DNA of 64,000 nt from Candidatus Cloacimonadales bacterium (GTDB lineage Bacteria; Cloacimonadota; Cloacimonadia; Cloacimonadales; DAONDQ01), in NCBI GenBank assembly GCA_963662275.1, contig OY759316.1:1728001-1792000 (forward strand), written 5' to 3'. This document shows, piece by piece, positions 62,731 to 64,000 of the stretch. The notes beneath the pieces are model-generated. The model saw only the letters and a list, made by a program, of their open reading frames with translations, was not told where the DNA came from and searched no databases. Numbering within the stretch: position 1 is the first letter of the stretch; each line of letters begins with the position of its first letter. Made by a program: the position numbers and the translations under genes.

Positions 62731-64000
62731 ATGTCAAAAATCATCAAGACTATCAACAAAGAAGTCAGAGCGAAGACAGCCAAGCGCTGTAAAGACCTCA
62801 AAGTCATTATCCCTACATTTGAACAGCTTCGTCATCCCGAAACAATCCCTGAATCCATTAAAAGCCAGTTACCCGGTGTGGGCTTCTGGGATGTGAATCC
62901 TCTCAACCTCTTCCGCATTACCTGGAAGAATGATGAAAAGACCGGTCTGTACGGTGACGTGAATGTCGTCGAGATTCCCTCTTCCATCTCCGGTGTGAAG
63001 GCACGTATCATCGGACTGGTAGGCAAGAACTTCCCCACAGGTGCACATAAAGTCGGTGCAGCGTTTGGATGCCTGGTACCACGTCTCATCTCCGGTGAAT
63101 TCGATCCCGAAGTGAACAAAGCCGTATGGCCTTCCACAGGCAATTACTGTCGTGGCGGTGCATTCGACTGTGCTCTGCTCGGTGTTTCCTCCATCGCTAT
63201 CCTTCCTGAAGAGATGTCACAGGAAAGATTCACTTGGCTGAGAGAGATCGGTGCAGAAGTTATAGCCACTCCGGGCAGTGAATCCAATGTGAAGGAAATC
63301 TATGACAAATGCTGGGAACTGAAGCAGGATTCAAAGAATATGATCTTTAACCAATTCGAAGAATTCGGCAATCCAATATGGCATTATAATGTAACCGGAC
63401 CAGCCATAGAAGAAGCTTTCCAGGCAATCAATAAAACGAATATGCGTTTAAGCGCTTACATTTCAGCAACGGGTTCAGCAGGAACCATCGCTGCCGGTGA
63501 TTACCTCAAAAATTCACATCCGCATATGAATACTGTGGCTGTGGAAGCACTGCAGTGCCCAACCATCCTTCAGAATGGCTTCGGTGCACATCGCATTGAA
63601 GGTATAGGCGACAAGCATATCCCGTGGGTGCATAATGTGAGAAATACAGATGCCGTTGCTGCTATCGATGATGAAGACTGCATGCGTATCATGCAGCTTT
63701 TCAATGAGAAAGCCGGACGTGACTTCCTCGAAGCAAAGGGCATCGACACTTCCAAGCTTCCATTATTGGGAATCTCCAGTATCTGTAACATGCTTGCTGC
63801 AATCAAAACTGCCAAGTATTATGAAATGGACGAGAATGACGTTATTTTCACTATTTTCACCGATTCCATGGAAATGTACGGCTCACGTATCAATGAGCAG
63901 GACGAAGCTAAGGGTGAATATACTAAGTGCAATGCAGCCATCGACATGGCTTCCTGCATTGCCCATCAAGGCATTGATAACTTCGCTGAATTGAACTACC
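62731..64000 (+). CDS. PLP-dependent fold-type-II enzyme (cysteine synthase/OrtB-related), 3'-truncated; missing from the ORF track
   Basis: GGAG RBS and ATG 62731; translated by hand: NLFRITWKN, FPTGAHKVGAA, PSTGNYCRGG, ATGSAGT, HRIEGIGDKHIPW; open to the window end. Confidence 0.85.
   Translation, partial: MSKIIKTINKEVRAKTAKRCKDLKVIIPTFEQLRHPETIPESIKSQLPGVGFWDVNPLNLFRITWKNDEKTGLYGDVNVVEIPSSISGVKARIIGLVGKNFPTGAHKVGAAFGCLVPRLISGEFDPEVNKAVWPSTGNYCRGGAFDCALLGVSSIAILPEEMSQERFTWLREIGAEVIATPGSESNVKEIYDKCWELKQDSKNMIFNQFEEFGNPIWHYNVTGPAIEEAFQAINKTNMRLSAYISATGSAGTIAAGDYLKNSHPHMNTVAVEALQCPTILQNGFGAHRIEGIGDKHIPWVHNVRNTDAVAAIDDEDCMRIMQLFNEKAGRDFLEAKGIDTSKLPLLGISSICNMLAAIKTAKYYEMDENDVIFTIFTDSMEMYGSRINEQDEAKGEYTKCNAAIDMASCIAHQGIDNFAELNY

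Noticed and set aside
45430..63994. Numerous short antisense or alternate-frame ORFs in the ORF track (e.g. 45430-46026, 62832-63143, 63650-63994)
   Set aside because: They are shadows of well-supported genes and show no motifs

Overview
A chromosomal window from an anaerobic bacterium, probably Cloacimonadota. This is inferred from FlgD-Ig/T9SS-like C-terminal sorting domains, tandem-domain ThyX and gene context. The left and middle parts hold housekeeping genes (M16 peptidase, dnaX, guaB, xerD, umuDC, PBP1A, ricT, rlmN, deoC, thyX, four tRNAs). Among them lie an uncharacterised five-gene ABC/YtkA/porin/FMN-bind-like cassette, two secreted Ig-domain proteins, two 2112-nt copies of a terminator-targeting (IIC-like) group II intron, and an IS with 11-bp inverted repeats, an 8-bp target duplication and a frameshifted start. 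There is also a candidate sRNA and several REP or short-repeat families. The right ~19 kb is an anaerobic purine-catabolism cluster: guaD, xdhAB, a fused DPD-like flavoprotein, ssnA, ygeY, a ThrC-like PLP enzyme, a HyuA-like amidohydrolase, a second Mo-hydroxylase with a 2Fe-2S subunit, ygeW and a second PLP enzyme. It differs from the known ygeWXY/hyuA/ygfK/ssnA cluster in having no recognisable YgfK or YgeX in view, and it is the best candidate for an undescribed pathway variant. All calls come from reading motifs by eye; no searches were run.
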